Of a DNA stretch of 64,000 nt, positions 1-14,086 are shown piece after piece. The notes below the pieces were generated by a model, which saw only the letters and a list, made by a program, of their open reading frames with translations, was not told where the DNA came from and did not search any database. Source of the stretch: Octopus vulgaris (Eukaryota); assembly GCA_951406725.2 (NCBI GenBank), contig OX597817.1, forward strand, positions 100,006,001 to 100,070,000, in the 5' to 3' direction. The translations under genes were made by a program, and so were the position numbers. Position 1 is the stretch's first letter; every line of letters begins with the position of its first letter.

Positions 1-730
1 GGCAAGAATAGGAAAAGCCCTTTCAACTAAGTGTGGGGAGTATCTGAAATGGGGGACGTGGCTTTATGCCAGGTAATGAAAGTACGATAGACAAGTGCAG
101 GTGTCTTGGTATAGAGAAGATACAGGGTTACCTTACATTTTATGTGGGTAGGTGGGAGTACATAAAAAGGCAGTGGTGGGGTGACAGAGCAAACCCTCAA
201 GGTACCTCAGAGAGGACACAGACAGTGGATCAGGGGCTAGTTTCATAAGTATGTGAAAGGAGATTGACAGATAGTTGGAAATGAGGGCAGGGGTGAATGT
301 AAGTGAATGATGAACAAAGGTGGGGGTGCAGTTGTTAATAGAAAATACCTGTATAGAGAGGAAGTAAGGCAGGAGACAGAAATGGTTCAGGTGGCAGGAT
401 AGTTAAGAATGTAGAGAGATACTGTGCAAGGGGAGGAAGATGTGAGGTACATAAGGATGGCTATAGTGAGTGGGGCATGCAAGCAGATACAGTGTTGAGA
501 ATGATGGTGGATATGAGAGATGTCAAAATGAAGTATGGCAGAGAAGAGGGAGACATAACTGAAGGCACAGAAAAGAAGTGAACAGTGTAAACAGAGTGGG
601 AAAGAATGATGACTGAGAATGAGGGATGAAGCAAACCAATGTGTTTGAACTGCATCCATCAGTCCAACAGAGGGCACCCTGAGTTAACTATGGTGCTCTA
701 ACACCTTTTTGTCTTAAATGAGAATTTTTT
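1..730 (-). mobile_element. Degenerate retroelement remnant, possibly Penelope-like
   Basis: Purine-rich + strand with higher GC than the flanks. A decayed CTGATG..AAAC hammerhead-like remnant lies on the - strand near 645-665. No intact domain. Confidence 0.3.
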
Positions 731-2930
731 TTCCACAAACAGGTTCAAGTATCTGTGAAACATATTTGACCTGATCTTAAGTTTATTTTCTGTCACTGCA
801 TTGCACATCTATTCACACACACACACACACTTTATATATGGTTAGTCAAACAACTTACAATGTGCATTCCTACTCAGTATTCAATTAACTAAATAGCTTG
901 CCAGTAATTCCACAAAATGCAAACTGTGACCAATGCCATGTCAAGAGGACAAAGAGATGGAGACGTAACTATATTAGTAGATGAGCATGGTAGGTTGCAT
1001 ATGCAATATGAACTTATGAAATAAGTGATGAAAATATTTATGATACATTTAGTGTATATGAGACAACAATGGTGAAACAGAAATGCAATGCATGTAGTTT
1101 TAATCTAATCATTAAAACAGGCATAAAACTAATAGCTAAGAAATGGTTACTTTATATCTGAGGAGTAAACTTTTTTGAAATGCAAGTGAAAGTTAAAGCT
1201 TTTTGCCCAAGAACAGATGACCAGGACCACCCAACAGTAACAACTACCTCTATCTATGTTATATTAGTTCATCATTATGTCCACAGCAGCTAATATCCCG
1301 TGAAATGTTTCCAGCTCTCCACTTTTCTAAAGTTGGGTAAAATTTAACTGCCACAGGACTCTCCACTTACTTTTCTTTTTTATTTAGTTGCTCATATTTT
1401 TGTTTGTTTCCTAAAATTCCACTGCATTTTATAGCAATTCACTAAGAATACTTTTACACTTTCTATTTGCATTTATCCCCTCTTTCAACTACAAAAAAAA
1501 AAATTAATATAGTTTTTTTGCTTCTAAATAAGGATAATCCTAAAATTCTCAGGATATCAAAACCAACATTGTCACAAAGGAAATATTACTATCAAAACGT
1601 ATTTCCAAAACTTTTACAGTTGTCTTATCATCACAACAAAAAGATGATCTGCTTATTATACAGGTGTGTGTGTGTCTCTCTCTCTAGTATGTTTCTGAAG
1701 ATTTTATTCCTATATATCTTGAAATCTGTCAACTTTCTAGTTCCTAGTTCAATAGTAACCATTTTAAAAACCATTTCACTTATTTTAAAGCAGTCTTTTG
1801 AAAATTGGAAGCCAAGTTTCAACATTATTTCTGAGTACATGAATAGACAAAAAAAAAATTCATCTGTTGTTGACCAAATTATTTTGTTGCCCATAGCTGT
1901 TTAATTTACAGATAATATATCACTAAAACAATCTTAAAGGCTGTTTATCAAAAGTATTTTAACACTACTGGCTTTTCACAAAACCTGCCACACTAAACCG
2001 TAGTTGTAATTTATATATAAGCAAAATTAATGTAAATAAAAATGCTCAAAACTACACGATTCAAACAGAGCATGCCAGTACGAAGAAGACACGATATTAT
2101 CAATTGGGGAATTCCTTTTCGGCAACAGTTGGCTGGAATGTAGACCAGAGACAATGAGGTTTTTCTTCAAATAAAGTTATTACGAAGGTAAACTCCCACT
2201 AAACAACCAATTATATTTACATGTCATACTCAACATGGGAGCTGTGCACATGTACTAAAATAAAGAGAAAGTAATCAACTAACTTGATGTTACTTGATCA
2301 TCGCTAACGGAGGCGGGTTGAAAGGACAGATAATACAATTTCTTAAAAAGAAATTACCTCACATGGGGAGCACATTAATGTTTGTGGTGCGAGAAATATT
2401 TTTCCTTTCATTAAAAGAAAGGAAAAATAATTTACATAATTTATGCATGTTGTGATTGCACACGTGCAATGAAATTATTTCGAATCTCTAAAATTTTTCT
2501 ACACTATCCAGGTCACGAAAGACAAGCGAGGGAAGAGGCGGTTCGTCTAGTCGATAACAAAACAAGAATATAACCGAAAGCAAAATTTCTATTCAGTACC
2601 TATTGTAAGTACAGAAATTAAGAAATAAAAGAAACGCTTTCAAGGAAATCTATATTAGTAGTCAAAATAATTTATATAATGTGACAAACATGAATCTTAA
2701 ATACAAATCGAATGTAAGTCACGTCAGTAACCATTATTTACAAGTAGCAAGTAATCAATGGTAACGAAGAAACCATGTAAACATTGAAGCAATTTATACA
2801 ACTACAATGCATTAATAACTGCTGATTAACTGAATCCAAAACTGACGAGTAACAGTGACGAAAACATCTGTACATGTAAAGTAAAGCATTGGATAAAAAT
2901 AAACAAAGAATGAAAGTTTTAAATATTTAC

Positions 2931-2967
2931 CTGTTCCCCACCGACAAGCATCGTATTCTAAGCCCAT
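2931..2967 (-). CDS. Candidate first coding exon, MGLEYDACRWGT + 1 nt (phase 1)
   Basis: Minus strand reads TTCATC-ATG-G (A at -3, G at +4), 37 nt open, then donor CAG|GTAAAT at 2930. It lies in a CpG-enriched zone. Product not recognisable. Confidence 0.5.
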
Positions 2968-3207
2968 GATGAATCTGTTCACAGCGAGTGAAGCAGATGA
3001 AGGGGTTAGGGTGGTTTCGAGTGAACGTAAGAAAGTAAATCGGACAACGAAAAGATACAGACACTTATACTAAAAGGATAAGAATGGACAGCTGTATCTC
3101 AAGATTATTAAAACATTGCCGTAGTTGTACTTGATAGCAACAGAGGTCGAAGAGGCAGAGAGTGTGACCCAAGCAACTTCAGCAACTGTTTACATATACA
3201 CACACAC

Positions 3208-3209
<2 letters not shown>

Positions 3210-3248
<39 letters not shown>
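3210..3248. repeat. (TA)n microsatellite
   Basis: Direct observation. Confidence 0.95.
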
Positions 3249-3250
<2 letters not shown>

Positions 3251-6200
3251 CGAGAGAGAGGGGGGTAGACAGACAGACTGATAGACACAGAGAGAGATAA
3301 CACAAACCAGTTGATATGAAATGAAGAGCTGAGTAATGTTACAGTAGTTGCCACTACAGCTGGGAGTTGACGATAAAGAAGGCGGGGTAAAAAGAAAAAA
3401 TAGGAGGAGGGGTACAGAGAGAACGAGAAAGAAACATGAGAAAGAAAGCGAAGGGGTTAAAACCGAAGACTGAGATGTGTTAGCTAGAGATTCTTCATTT
3501 AGTAAATGTAGCGATGATGTAAATGTATACAAAAGACAAAAGAAAAAAAAACAGGCGATTACATTAACACCTTTGTATTTTTTAAAAACTAGTTTAGCAT
3601 GGTTTTTCGTATTTACCAAATACACACACACACACACAACACACGATATGCATATTCAACTTTTCAGTAATTAATAAACTTCAATTTTCTTATAAGATTA
3701 ACTGCAGAAAGATTTTTGACCAAGTGGAAAACAACTTCTGCTACATTGCCTGTAGACAGATGTTAATCGCACTTTTATATATAATGTATTAAGCACACGT
3801 AGTAATTAAATCACGTCGGACGGGTTGAATATTTTGTTAAGAAAAGGGATCCAGAACGGTTTGTCAAAGCAAAACAATAAGGTCTGTGTAACAGCATATA
3901 TTACGGAAAACAAGTGGGACACGCACGCTTAGTTGATAATATGCACATGTAGCTTCTACTAATAAAGTACTAAATATGATAAATAAACAAATTTTGAAAC
4001 AACCAGTCTGTTAGCAAACGAAGCGGATTTGGGTTTCCTGTGGAGTTTTAAACACATTTACTTATAACGTTGTAACGGCAATTTTAATTTTATAAATATT
4101 TTGATACTATTTTCGAATACGTTTCACAACCACTCGTTGAATATAGTTTGTAAGAAGTAAAGTGAGTAAAGCTGATTAACTCAGTGAGGACTATTCACTT
4201 TAGCAGGTTAGAAACAGGTACGATTTTGAAAATCAGAGATCATTAAATAAGAAACATACTTTTTTTTTTAAAAGATAATTTGATTTTATTATACCGACAT
4301 TATGAACAAATGAGGTAAGTAATTCAGAATATACTTCTTACGTATGCATTTCCAATTTCAAGTTATAAATATGTATCTTTGAAAACAAAAATACATTAAA
4401 TTATACATACGTATAATATATATTACATATAAGTTCAACATACATATGTAGTGTTTTTTTTTTTCTGGAGTCATTGGGTGTTCCAGGTGTGTTTTCAAAA
4501 ATAAATTTAAGACATTAAGGCGTATGATATGATCACGTTTTATTTTTGTGCAATATCGTATTAGCTATATCACCCCTGGTCAAATTGATGGTAGCAGACA
4601 CTTTATTAGTATCCTGTAAAATAATCTCTTAAATATACAACTGCAACTCACAAAGTAACAATCACATTCACTGATTTTCAATATTTTTCATGCATGGAGT
4701 ACAAAATTATCCAGCACTAGAAATATCTATGAAGACATGAATCAAATAGGCATATTTGGCGTTCAGTTATCTCAAATTCTATTCTTTGTTACGGTTGTTG
4801 TTTAGCCCATGGTCAATCTTGATCGAGTTGGTCTATGATCAAAAGCGTTCCAGCCATGATCATCCGTCTTATTCAACCAGGACAACATTATTCAAATCCT
4901 TTGGTTGGTATTTCTAGCAAGCCGTGAGATCACGTCGAGGCTCCCATACACTCATTTTTAACTTTCTAAAAATGCGACAGTGTCAACTATGTGCGCTTCA
5001 TTGTTTCCTAAAGCATTTTTATGAAGCGATTTTAGAGTAAAATTTTTTTAATGATTTATCTAAAAAAACAATAACTATGTTTCCTGCTATTACATTTTAT
5101 TGGAATTTCGAAGGTATTAAATTAATCAGCTTTTTCTTACGACACTCAATGCAAAAACATTCGCAGAAAGATATTTTAAAATTGCGTGTTGTTCGTCAAT
5201 AATTTAAGGTAATACCTTTAAAAAAAAAACATTTAATTAGTTATGGTTTTGCTGGAGCACCCACTTAATGTAAACAAATAATACTTATTCATAATTATGA
5301 GAATGTCGACTTGGTAAGCTTAACGACTCATTCGACCTTGAGCCAAGACGAGAAGACCTGGCAAGGTTAAGGTTATTTCATAATTGAAATGTCACACAGA
5401 AAGGCGGGGCCAACGTGTTAGCTTAGCAGAAATCTTGTGAAATGCAAACTAGGTTAATAATTGCCATCCTTTGTCTGAATTAAATTAGGAGTAGCATATT
5501 CTGAGTGATAAACTAAAGGATTTTTTAATTTTAAAAAGATCTTACAAGAGTTATAAAATAAACTCGCATTAAAAAAAAAGAAGAACAACAATAATCTTCA
5601 AACATTTCTAATGTCCTACAGATTCGTAGGTGCTATTGACAACCTTATTTTAACAAAGGCTCAGCTGCACCGATCTAAAGAAAAACATCGCGTTGCTAAC
5701 ATAGCTTTTCACATGTGTGTGCAAGAAAGAGGAAAAGGAATCTGTAGCGTAATGTTTTTGTTCTTTATAAGTTTATGTACTGCAAGTAGCATTATAATTG
5801 CTTGTATAATGTTAATATACAGAAAAGGTTTTCATAAGTCAAGGTGCGCATGAGCATGTTTTTCTATACTGAGGTATAATATTCTCATCAAATCATTTAT
5901 GTATTCATTTGACCTTAAAAAAAAAAGATAAATTAAAAAATTAAGGTTACATACCAAATAGAACTCATGCAACAGAGAATTTGAGGTATTCTCAAAGATC
6001 ACTCCTAAAAATGATAACACATTGCTCGCTTAAAATAAACGTTTTGTAACCTTCAACTTCTTGACTTAATGTGAGCACGTTTTTTGAGATTTTTAAATGT
6101 TTAAGTTTCCGTTATATTATTAACATTGAATTGCTGCAAGCATACGAAGTTAAAACGCCCCACTGACTATGTAAAAACTATTTACGTTGACACTTTTTTT

Positions 6201-7037
6201 TACGACAGGCCACCCACTTTGTGAGAGTCTAAAAAAATCGATTTCTGTATTATCACAAGTATCTCTTTTATCAAAAGAGTGAAATTCAAAATAAGATTAA
6301 ATTCCTGAGCAACATAAGTCTTTGGCATTCTCATATCATATTCAATAGTACAGTAGGAAATATGGGAAAGTTCTTAGCAGCTTGAGTTCAGTTGATTAAT
6401 TCCACTTAATTTACATATCATTGCTGAGAAAAACTACTCACCGAAAATTTATGTCTAAATGAAAATATCATTTCCTCTATTAGAATGGAATGTGTCAAGT
6501 CTCAAAAGGATCAGGATCGTTACTTTTACTTCTAAAAGACGAAGCCATGAACCTCCATACAAACATCCAGCAAATTAGTTAAAATCCAGAAGCCAAGGAC
6601 GGTGGAGGGTTTCTGCATCAACAGAATGTAACCTATTCAAGTTGAAGAATTTTCAATTAAATAAAGTAGATTTATTGTCAGGAGTGAAAAAGCCGATGTT
6701 TTGGATTCTTGGAGTATATAAGTGACCTTCTTCTAGAGACAACTCCATGACATACTAATTAACCCTTCAATGGTTCAGGATGTCTGACAAGATGGTAGGT
6801 AATGATGCATATTAAATAGGAAAAATTATATAGCATATTATATGTAATATGTCATGTGCAAATAAACTACAATATGGTAGAAACATAGGTAGTATAAATT
6901 GAACCAATGGCTATCCATCTTCATTTATTATATTTTCCCCCTTGGGCTACATGCTACAAGTACTGATAGACTAGGCATACACATCAGACAGACTGAAGCG
7001 TTACTGAGTGGATAACTAGTCATTTAGACCCCATCAA

Positions 7038-7070
<33 letters not shown>

Positions 7071-7073
<3 letters not shown>

Positions 7074-7170
7074 AATTTTTTGCGTAATAAGATAAAAAAC
7101 CAAGGCTGTATAGATATTAGAGCATTTATAGCCTTGGTTTTTTTTATCTTATTACACAAAAAATTCTTAT
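7071..7170. repeat. ~100-nt hairpin, ~40-bp stem
   Basis: AAGAATTTTTTGCGTAATAAGATAAAAAACCAAGGCTGTA pairs with TATAGCCTTGG(T)nATCTTATTACACAAAAAATTCTT across a ~16-nt loop. Confidence 0.85.
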
Positions 7171-7339
7171 ATACACATGCTGACATAGAACCAACATTGA
7201 AACAATTATTCGCAATATTACCGAATCTGGAACTGAACTATGGTCTGTCTATAGCACTTATTCAGCATTATCTGACACCTTTGGGTCTCAATGACATCAT
7301 TATCTCTTATAACCTTAACTTCTCACTTATATATATATA

Positions 7340-7890
7340 TAAAGTGTCAGGTCACTTTTGAGTGCTACTGGTAACATGTAACCCAGTACAACCTGTTGCA
7401 TGGTCAGGTCGTCGGAGACTAAACCGGCAACCCCACCAAGCTTGCTTGGTGAGGAGGACATCCCTGCAGGATGAAAAACAAAACCCGTCAAAGGGCGGAG
7501 GAACTCTTGAGAGTCAACAGCCTTTCAATAAATGTCTTAAGGCTGTATCATGCGCGGGGACATAGAAATAATCGGACTGAATACCCGATTGCGCAGTTAA
7601 ACCATTGGGAGTGAAGGACTCCTAGCCTTTGCTAGGGCATCCTTCTAGAAGAAGGTAACTCAGGTAACTGGGATAACTCCGATATAAAACCTGCGGCTCA
7701 GTGGTTACCGATGATGTTGACTTCTTGTTCTTTTCGGATTATGGCTGCTGTTGCTTAGTGAGTGGGATTGACTCAGTGCACAGCCTTTCCCCACTTTAAA
7801 AAAAATCTTCTTGCACAGGCATTGCACAATAACAACATTGATTAAGCTTCATGCAATGGCTATACTCGATAACAAGGGGGCAGCCACCAT
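7340..7890 (+). mobile_element. Non-autonomous RTE-derived retroposon inserted in (TA)n
   Basis: GC-rich 550-bp block flanked by (TA)n. Contains RTE-5'UTR-like motifs (GGCAACCCCACC, AGAAGAAGGTAACTC) and an RTE-like 3' end (CTCGATAACAAGGGGGCAGCCACC). Confidence 0.5.
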
Positions 7891-8606
7891 ATATATATAT
7901 ATATGGATATATAATTAAGATTCAGTTGAATTAGGTACTTAAGTTGAGGCACCAAGTCAGTCCAGTATTATCTGCACAGCTCAAAGTAAAGTGAATAAAA
8001 AGCAAATAAGTAACAAGGATGTCAAGGTATTACAGCCATTTCAGGCAGCTCTATTTAATCAAACAATGCAAGCATGATATCAATTTGAAAAACAGCACCA
8101 TCTTCGGATGCATAATATAGGTTTTCAACGTACAGGATACTCCATTATAATTTTTAGCAAGTATTTCATCAGAACTAGAGAATGAAAGAATTACATGCCA
8201 CTATTATTGTAGCAGAATGAACTTAGAGAGAAAATACACCAACTATAATTCGGAGTAAAATCTTTATTATGATCAAACTGATCATACATAGAAAAGGACA
8301 TTACAAGACAAACAAATACAAAAAACTATAATTTGATGTGGCAGAATAGAATAACAATGGGGGTCATAAGATGGTAATATACCTACAATTTTTATCTATC
8401 TCCTTGTCACCATCAAAAGATCTAATGCAGCTAGTATATTATGTCCACAAAGAATTTAAACCACTGGAAATTGACAGTTAAGTTCTAGCTGCTGATGATA
8501 AATTAATTACTGTTAGATACTTTCCCAAACCCTAATTTACTAATGGTTATAAATTCCCTATGACCACATGAATAAACAAAACTCAGAAGAACTCAGTAAG
8601 ATAGTG

Positions 8607-8679
8607 ATAAATGCCCAGAAAGAGGGGGAGTAGGGGTGACATAAATGCCCAGAAAGAGGGGGAGTAGGGGTGACATAAA
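8607..8679. repeat. Perfect 34-bp tandem duplication, G-rich
   Basis: ATAAATGCCCAGAAAGAGGGGGAGTAGGGGTGAC x2. Confidence 0.95.
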
Positions 8680-8789
8680 CTATTTTATTACTATCGGCTA
8701 AAATAGAAAACAAAGGACATGACAAGATCTAAATGGGCATTAAGGGTACAGGGGGTAAAATATAACCAAAGTATATCAAAATTTATATA

Positions 8790-9200
8790 CAGGTGCAGGA
8801 GTGGCTGTGGTAAGTAGCTTGCTTACCAACCACACAGTTCCGGGTTCGGTCCCACTGCGTGGCATCTTGGGCAAGTGTCTTCTACTATAGCCTCAGGCCA
8901 ACCAAAACCTTTTGAGTAGATATGGTAGACGAAAACTGAAAGAAGCTTGTCATATATATACATACATATATATATATATATATATATGCATGTGTGTGTC
9001 TGTGTTCATCCCCCCAACATTGCTTGACAACCGATATTGGTGTGTTTATGTCCCCGTAACTTGGCAGTTTGTCAAAAGAGACCGATAGAATAAGTACTAG
9101 GCTTACAAAGAATAAGTTCTGGGGTTGATTTGCTCGACTAAAGGTGGTGCTCCACCATGGCCGCAGTCAAATGACTAAAACAAATAGAATAAAAGAATAT
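8790..9200 (+). mobile_element. tRNA-derived SINE with central microsatellite
   Basis: A-box-like TGGCTGTGGTAAG, B-box GGTTCGGTCCC, (TA)n/(TG)n core and AATA-type tail. Homologous copies at 31.2, 41.3, 46.8 and 62.8-64 kb. Confidence 0.85.
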
Positions 9201-10499
9201 TATTATATTTTGTATAATAAAAAGTAAAATTTAAAAATTTATAAATTATTATACAAAATATAATATATAAATTTTGCTATATATATTTGGTTATATTTTA
9301 AATTCTTAGTGGACGCATTATATTAACTGCATTAGATCTCTTGATGGTGATAAGGAGATAGATAAAAATTGTAGCTATATTACCATCCTATGACCCCTCC
9401 CCCCATTGTTATACTCTTCTGCCACTCCAACTTAGAGTATTTTCTCTCTCTTTTCAAGTGGGATTTAATTTTTGGAAAAAGGAAAAGGTCATAGCCATAG
9501 ACCCACAATTTGTCACCTGTTATAACAGTTTTCAAAAAGTTTCCATCTTCTCAATCAAGAAGATTCAGCACAGCTAAAACCCAATATTTTTTAGATAACC
9601 CTACTCTGCACACTTTACTTCTAAGGTCTGCTGTAAACAACAGAAGTGTGCAAGAACATTACAATTTCATGTGCATGTGTGATAAAGTTGCCTAACAATT
9701 ATTGACATATTGAAACAAGAAGACAATTGGGATTTTTCTTTATTATATCTTTTTAATTTATAGCTTGTTTATAGATTTTCTTTTTTTTCTTTTTTTGGCA
9801 GCTATTTGTCACTACAATGCTTAGAATCCTCTCTACCCATCTCCAAGAGCCTGGGAACAAGAGATGTAAGGGATGCACTTGCACTCCTTCAACTTTTTGG
9901 TGGGTGCAAAATCAAGATCTGCAACTCCTACTTACCTTTTCCAGGCTTAGGAAATAGCTTTTAAAAACTAATCTGTAAAAGCTGCTTGAAATTAATAAAC
10001 AAAAAGAAAACAAAAAAAATCCCTAGAACGACATTACTGAACTAAATCATCATCAACATTACAATTAAAAGAATAAGGGAGTGAGGTAGCAACAACAGCC
10101 ATTACTCCTCAATACTAGCACAATTGAGGATCTATTAAACTCCATGATCAAGAGCCCTTCACAATCCAGCAATCCACACTCCTCATTTCCTCTGAATATC
10201 ACAACTCACCCATCAGTATTGCAATCATGTTCTGTTGCTATGATCTTTTAACATCTAAACATGATCAACCGCCATAGCCATTCCTCAATGCTAACACAAC
10301 TGATGAATTATTAAATCACAGTTCCCAGCTGTTCTCCACAATAAGGCTACTCAGATACCTCTCAGAATAACACAAGATCCATCATCACCATTGTCATCCT
10401 ATTCTACTACTACTCCAATTGGAGAAGAAACACTCCTTTCTTTCCCTCACTGTTCACCTCAATCTGAATGTATACCTCACAGCTCCATGATAAATTTTC

Positions 10500-13280
10500 C
10501 AACTGTAAATAAACTGTAAATAAAGCCAAAAATATGCCGCAATTTTCAACATGAAAGACTTCAACTTCACCCATTTACCTGGACAAGACACACAGTTTGT
10601 ACAAGCAAATACAAAAGCACACAGCTTACACAACCACCACCACTAAATGCTAAATCACACTTAATAACTTATACATATGTAGCATGGAATCCTAAAATTT
10701 GCTATTTACATCTTGAAAGATTATGTCTGAAGAGTGACTGTCCCTTCACTCTTCTTCCAAGGACTTGGTGCACTATTAAAAGCATGACTCTAAACCCACA
10801 AAAGAAACACCCCTTACAGTGGCAATGCTGGTTCAAATTTTCATCAAAACCTAGAAGTCATCCAGATATCCACTGGATATAATAATAAAATCAACAGCCA
10901 CAAACCATATAACTACAACCATAACAACTCCCCCCCCCCCTCCTAAGAGAAGAAAATTCTATTTTCAACCATAATGAATCTGACAAAGTATAAAAATAAA
11001 ACCTTTTCGCTTTCACACAGTACCAACCACTGTTGTTACCCCAGTGCACAACTATACACCAATAAAGTCAACTCAATAATAATGCTAAATGTAGAAGGTC
11101 TCCGACACTTCATAAATTGAGCAAAAGCATCATATTTTAGCGACTTTGTACATTGAGAAAAGACAATGCATGTAGCACTAAGTGAAACATACCTGACCCC
11201 AGACATATTGGATGTGGAAGTACAAACATCAGGTTATGTACTACACAGAACTGCCCACAGAATATGGAAACAAGGAGTAGTGCTCTTCATCCATGAAGAC
11301 CTGGCAACAAATGTCCTCCTCTCCCACCCCAAAACAGTATGCAATACACTAATAATGCACGTGACCATCCACAATTTGATTATAGGCATCATCTATCATC
11401 CTCCTTATGCAGTCAACCATGGGGATCGCTTCAGAGTTGTTTTGTTGCTCATAAATCAAATCTCCAATGAGGCCAGCTCACAAGCCAATGTACTTTTAAC
11501 ATGGGGCTTTAATTTTCTGAGTTTCAACTGGCCTAAGGGCTATATCCAACCTGAAATGAAACAAGTGAACAGGAGAGATATGAATACTCGTATTGATACC
11601 ACTAAAGACTTTCTCATTACCTGTCCAACTTGTGTTTACGATCAATACAGACTTCATTCACAACATTCAGGTCATTCCTACAGCTATTTCCAACCACAAC
11701 ATTATACAATTATCTGTATATAGCTCAAAGAGGATAACACGCACTAACATCAAACATGACTCACTCCTCGTGAACTTGAATTTCAGGAAAGTCAACTGAT
11801 CTCAGCATACTAGTAACCTCAATGTTAATGAGGGAATTAAGTTTCTGTACAAAGAGTTAATAAAGATCTGTCGAAACCATGCCCCATATAAACACGCCTA
11901 TTCCTGCAAGAACTTGAACCCATGGGACAGACAGATACTAATGTGTAACAGAAACAAAGCAACAAAACAACTGAAAAAACAAACAGTCTCAACAGATGAG
12001 ATTGTGGAAAAATATTAGAAAATAAAGAACATTGAACAGGACCTAATGATATATATATATATATATACATATATATATTGTGACCCCCATCGGTCATGAA
12101 TGACCATGGGATTGCACTTAGAAAGTTACCCTCCGAGCCACAAGCCTGGGCAAGGTTGTTTTATGGAAGACCAGCAGTCACTCACGCATACCAGCCTACC
12201 CTCTCCACACCACCGATGTTATCCAAGGGAAAGGTAAAGGCCTATGCAGCTTGGCACCAGTGATGTCGCAACTCATTCATTAACGTGCAAGTGGCTGAGC
12301 ACTCCACAGACATGTGTACCCTTAACGTAGTTCTCGGGGAGATTCAGCATGGCAAAAATGAATCGTGCCTGTATTTCAAAGGGCTGGCCATGTCACATCA
12401 AGCATACGCATATCTGTGCAGATTTACATTGAATCTCCCCAAGAACTATCTTAAGGGTATATATGAGTCAGGTGTTTGTATGTTAATTTCATGAGCAGGC
12501 TGTTCCATTGATTATATCAACTGGAACACTCATTGTTGTAACTGATAGATTGTCACTTATGTATGTGTATATGTGTATACACTAAAAAACATCTTATGAA
12601 AAAGAAACTTTGCTAAGGGAACACCAAACAGTGGAAAATATAAATCTATTCCTAAGTTTTTTTTTCTAATTTGCTGGACAAAAATCAGCTACACATAACC
12701 AGACTGGCTCTCTAATATATCAAAATGGATCATATGCCAATGATTCATTGCAAATATGCATTCTTGAATGAACTGTGCATTTTTGCATTTTCCCAACCTA
12801 CAGTTAACAAAACAGTAGATAAGCCAAATGAATTCTTTAATCCCCAGAATTCAACTGCAGGGACACTTCTAAAAATTAATGATATTACAATTAATGACCT
12901 AGATTCAAACTCAGCATCCAGACCAGGTGGTCTCCGAGCAATATTGTTCAAAACATGCAAAAATAGCCTCGTGAAACCATTAAAGATACTATTTCAAAAG
13001 TCACTAATTACCAGCATATTCCTAGAACTACTGAAAGACAATAGTAACTCTTATATGTGAAGTAGGGTGGGGTGGCAAGGTTGAAGCTAAAAATTACACA
13101 CCTGTTTCTTTCACATCTCGCACATCTAAAATTATCAAATGTATTGTCCAAAAAAGAATAATTACATAACTTGAGGAGAACAACTTCGTAGATGGATTTT
13201 GGACTGTATGGAGTTGCCTGTTACTACTATCACAGCATCATAACACTATTCTCAATAATCTCAAAGATCATATTTAATCT
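10500..13280 (+). mobile_element. Highly degenerate LINE (CR1/L2/Jockey group), AP endonuclease plus start of RT, interrupted by SINEs
   Basis: APE motifs ALSETYL, IYHPP and WGFNF in ORF 11166-11723. RT N-terminal SRPGGL..LVKPLKILFQKSL in 12725-13060. Confidence 0.7.
12080..12560. mobile_element. Two adjacent SINE-like repeats
   Basis: 12080-12278 recurs inverted at ~35010-35215. 12280-12560 is homologous to the SINE at 45690-45980. Confidence 0.65.
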
Positions 13281-14086
13281 TAACCTCCTTAAGCTACCAC
13301 ACAAAATCAGCTAAAGATGTTGAATGCCTCTTGTTGATTTTATTGAAGCTGGCGACATAGCTTTGATATTTATTGCTGAAAGAATCAGCTGTTGCACCAA
13401 TGTAAACATAGGGCCCTCGCCTTGTGTGTATAATCACTTATATACAACACTGATATTCATACAGAGGTTCATTAATGGGCATTTTGTTTTTTTGCTCTGC
13501 ATGAGAATTTATTAGATTTAATAGCATTTGTGGCTCTGCTGATCTCATTTTCCAGCACTATCACCATGTTGTCTATATCCCTATTTTTGTTATCTGGATG
13601 TGGCTGCAGCAGGTACTCTTCATTCTGGTTGGTATTGCTTTTTCTTGATATTTTATTCTTTGCTATCCTTCCTAATTATCAAGCAGGAAGTAGTTTCCCT
13701 GTCATAGGCTAGGGCTCAGTGGGTGGATTATTCAATGCTTGGTCCATTTTTCCATTATTAATGTGGTGTAGGTGTTGTTCTAAATTAGTGGAGTTTGCAT
13801 ATAATACTTTCACAATGTGCCTATTAAAAATAGTATGGTATCTATTTGATTTTGAGAAACATTTATCTAAAGTGGCAAAAACTTTCCTAGCAATCCTTGT
13901 TGGAACATATGAACTGTGGATTAGGTTACATCAGAGGACATCACGTTTTTTATGTTTGTTGTTTGGCTTATTGGTTCTGGTGTTGGGGCAATTTGTGTTC
14001 TGAGTTGTACTATGATTATGTTGTGTGTGTCTAGGGGTTTTGGTGTGCCAAAGAATACAGTGCACAAGTAAGTCAGTGGCTTACTT

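Larger units (their letters stand above)
2080..3500 (-). promoter_or_regulatory. CpG-enriched promoter/5'UTR-like region
   Basis: Visibly more CG dinucleotides than the surrounding intron-like DNA, a CRE-like CACGTCA near 2720, and it surrounds the 2931-2967 exon candidate. Confidence 0.4.

Noticed and set aside
6442-6471. ATG exon MIFSFRHKFS with GTGAGT donor (similar case at 2357-2410)
   Set aside because: Phase 0 and no other support. It may be a non-coding first exon, but cannot be called from sequence alone.
8790-8870. tRNA gene
   Set aside because: The A/B boxes belong to a SINE head and no cloverleaf can be formed.
9936-9972. 37-nt segment with perfect AG/GTAAGT splice signals on the minus strand
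   Set aside because: It lies within the hAT left end and has stops in two of three frames.
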